Shown piece after piece: positions 62,197-64,000 of a stretch of 64,000 bases of DNA. The position numbers were made by a program, and so were the translations under genes. Each line of letters begins with the position of its first letter. The first letter of the stretch is position 1. Source of the stretch: Paraphysomonas bandaiensis (lineage: Eukaryota; Protista; Chrysophyceae); contig CBFFRP010000017.1 of assembly GCA_965644295.1 (NCBI GenBank), positions 62,001 through 126,000 of the forward strand, read 5' to 3'. Below the pieces are notes generated by a model, which was not told the DNA's origin, searched no databases, and saw nothing but the letters and a program-made list of their open reading frames with translations.

Positions 62197-63138
62197 ATGT
62201 CCGAGCAGCAGAGCAAACCCAAGCAGAAGAAGGCCGAATCCAACTTTTTGGTGGATTTCGCCGCCGGTGGTGTTTCTGGCGCCATTGCCAAGACCTGCAC
62301 TGCTCCTATTGAGCGTGTCAAGCTTATTATCCAGACTCAGGACTCTAACCCCTTGATCCGCTCTGGGGAAGTGCCTCGCTACACTGGAATCATGAACTGC
62401 TTCACTCGTGTGGCATCTGAGCAGGGAATCGCATCTTTCTGGCGTGGAAACTTCACCAACGTCATCCGTTACTTTCCCACTCAGGCTTTCAACTTTGCCT
62501 TCAAAGATACCATCAAGACCCTCTTCCCCAAGTACAACTCCAAGACTGAATTTGGTATGTTCTTTTTGACCAACATGGCTTCTGGTGGTCTTGCTGGTGC
62601 AGGATCCCTTTGCATTGTGTACCCTCTGGACTACGCCAGAACTCGTCTTGCCTCTGATGTTGGCAGTGGAAAGAGATCTTTCAACGGTCTCTCTGATTGC
62701 CTCATCAAGACTGCCAAGGGACCCAGTGGGTTCTTTGGTCTGTACAACGGATTCGGCGTCTCTGTTGCAGGAATTATCCCTTACAGAGGTGTCTACTTCG
62801 GCATGTACGATTCTCTCTCCGACTTGAACCCTCTCAAGAACGATAGCACCCCTCTTGGAATCGCCTCCAAGTTCTGCATTGCTCAGCTCACAGCCATTAC
62901 CGCAGGTTACGCTTCATACCCATTCGACACTGTTCGTCGTCGTCTTCAGATGCAGTCCGAGAAGCCCAAGAGCGAGTGGATGTACAAGGGTACCGCCGAC
63001 TGTTTCGCCAAGGTTATGAAGGACGAGGGTGTTGCCGCTATGTTCAAGGGTGCTGGTGCCAATGCTCTTCGTACCGTTGGGTCTGCTCTTGTCCTTGTTC
63101 TCTACGGTGAGATCAAGAACGTATTGGGATTCAAATAA
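62197..63138 (+). CDS. AAC: Mitochondrial ADP/ATP carrier (intronless)
   Basis: DFAAGGVSGAIAKTCTAPIERVKL, FWRGNFTNVIRYFPTQAFNFAFKD, YPLDYARTRLA, YPFDTVRRRLQMQ; strongly biased codon usage; likely start at the second Met (62197). Confidence 0.97.
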   Translation: MSEQQSKPKQKKAESNFLVDFAAGGVSGAIAKTCTAPIERVKLIIQTQDSNPLIRSGEVPRYTGIMNCFTRVASEQGIASFWRGNFTNVIRYFPTQAFNFAFKDTIKTLFPKYNSKTEFGMFFLTNMASGGLAGAGSLCIVYPLDYARTRLASDVGSGKRSFNGLSDCLIKTAKGPSGFFGLYNGFGVSVAGIIPYRGVYFGMYDSLSDLNPLKNDSTPLGIASKFCIAQLTAITAGYASYPFDTVRRRLQMQSEKPKSEWMYKGTADCFAKVMKDEGVAAMFKGAGANALRTVGSALVLVLYGEIKNVLGFK

Positions 63139-63215
63139 ACTAGTTAGCCCTTTGCTTGTCAGTGTATTTGCTTCTCCATAATCAATTAGTACTCGGCTTA
63201 CGTTATACAATCATT

Positions 63216-63301
63216 TGCATCTGTTGTAGGAATTTGATATATTACATTGATGTACTAGTGCATCTGTTGTAGGAATTTGATATATTACATTGTTGTACTA
63301 G
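63216..63301. repeat. 43-bp tandem duplication in the AAC 3' region
   Basis: tgcatctgttgtaggaatttgatatattacattg(a/t)tgtactag occurs twice. Confidence 0.9.
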
Positions 63302-63467
63302 TTTTTGAAGCAAGCCATATTGTGATATCAGTGTTGACCTATCGGGCATTAATCGCCATGTCGCCCTTGACTCTGTGGCGATATAAACTATACACGTGTG
63401 ATGGCTGTACTACTTTCATTGAACATACGCAAAAGTACAATATAGTTCCTACGTTTATATCTCTTTA

Positions 63468-63618
63468 TATTGACTATTGACTATTGGTCATTTTAACAAT
63501 TATGTTCATGTAAGACATGTCAACAACATGATAATTTATTTTATTCATATCAACCACTGCTCAACTTCCATATCTTGAATAGTCATGATACAATCCTTCA
63601 GTTTCACAGTTATAGCTA
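63468..63618 (-). mobile_element. Inverted partial copy of the LTR-like repeat
   Basis: catgtcaacaacatgataa..caaccactgctcaacttccatatcttgaat is the reverse complement of the 47418 family core. Confidence 0.75.
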
Positions 63619-63626
63619 TCCAGCAG

Positions 63627-63790
63627 CAGGGCTGCGTATCAATTAATTGACGCAGGTTGTAGTCAATAATAATTGCAATTATTACTTGCTGTTCAATTTT
63701 CAACTATTGCAATTAATTGCAATTATTTCATACTAAACTACATTAGCTGCCAATATAGCTACCTTAACTGTCTTTTCATTCCAGATGCGT
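63627..63790. mobile_element. Left end of a hAT element of the 30509 family (right end not in window)
   Basis: CAGGGCTGCGTATCAATTAATTGACGCAGGTTGTAG... is colinear with 30509-30700. Confidence 0.8.
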
Positions 63791-64000
63791 AAAAACATTA
63801 GTAACTCCAAATGCCGAGGAGTCGTCTTGCGCAAATCCGTCATAACAATCTTAAGTTAGCTCTACTGTACAACCTTTTAACCTTATTGGTTGTGGCATGC
63901 AAGTGTTTCATGCTGCGGTAACGAGTTTGCTGGTTAAGACGTGCTCGCTTCCGCTGTCTGCTATCATCAATCAAACGTTGCGCTGCGTCGTCAGTCTGAA

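Overview
Eukaryotic nuclear DNA with compact genes and short GT-AG introns. It comes from a flagellated protist (CFAP300 is present); a stramenopile such as a chrysophyte is likely, but that is inference. About 16 intact genes can be supported: MAEA/Gid9, a PA-TM-RING E3 ligase, a WD40-like protein, a TLDc protein, a disordered unknown, STK16, PNUTS/PPP1R10, a double-Tudor protein, an LRR + multipass membrane protein, an anoctamin, Notchless, a JmjC hydroxylase, a two-domain glycosyltransferase, CFAP300, an RNI-like LRR protein and the ADP/ATP carrier. There are also two adjacent pseudogenes (a cytochrome P450 and an AAA_28 ATPase). Genes sit almost entirely in head-to-head pairs around short shared promoters, three of which contain very long (CATA)n tracts. 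Transposons are confined to the gaps downstream of genes. The most notable accessory system is a non-LTR retroelement group. It comprises two diverged, 5'-truncated LINE ends with perfect 13-bp TSDs, a PKGRPPD protein terminus and a non-poly(A) GACTTTCA 3' end, plus a ~480-bp non-autonomous SINE-like partner. All share a covarying 3'-UTR RNA structure, and the partner's head partly resembles an HDV-like ribozyme. Also present are hAT MITEs with 8-bp TSDs, copia gag/LTR relics and a 3 x 1.32-kb tandem amplification. All family assignments come from motif recognition by eye; no searches were run.
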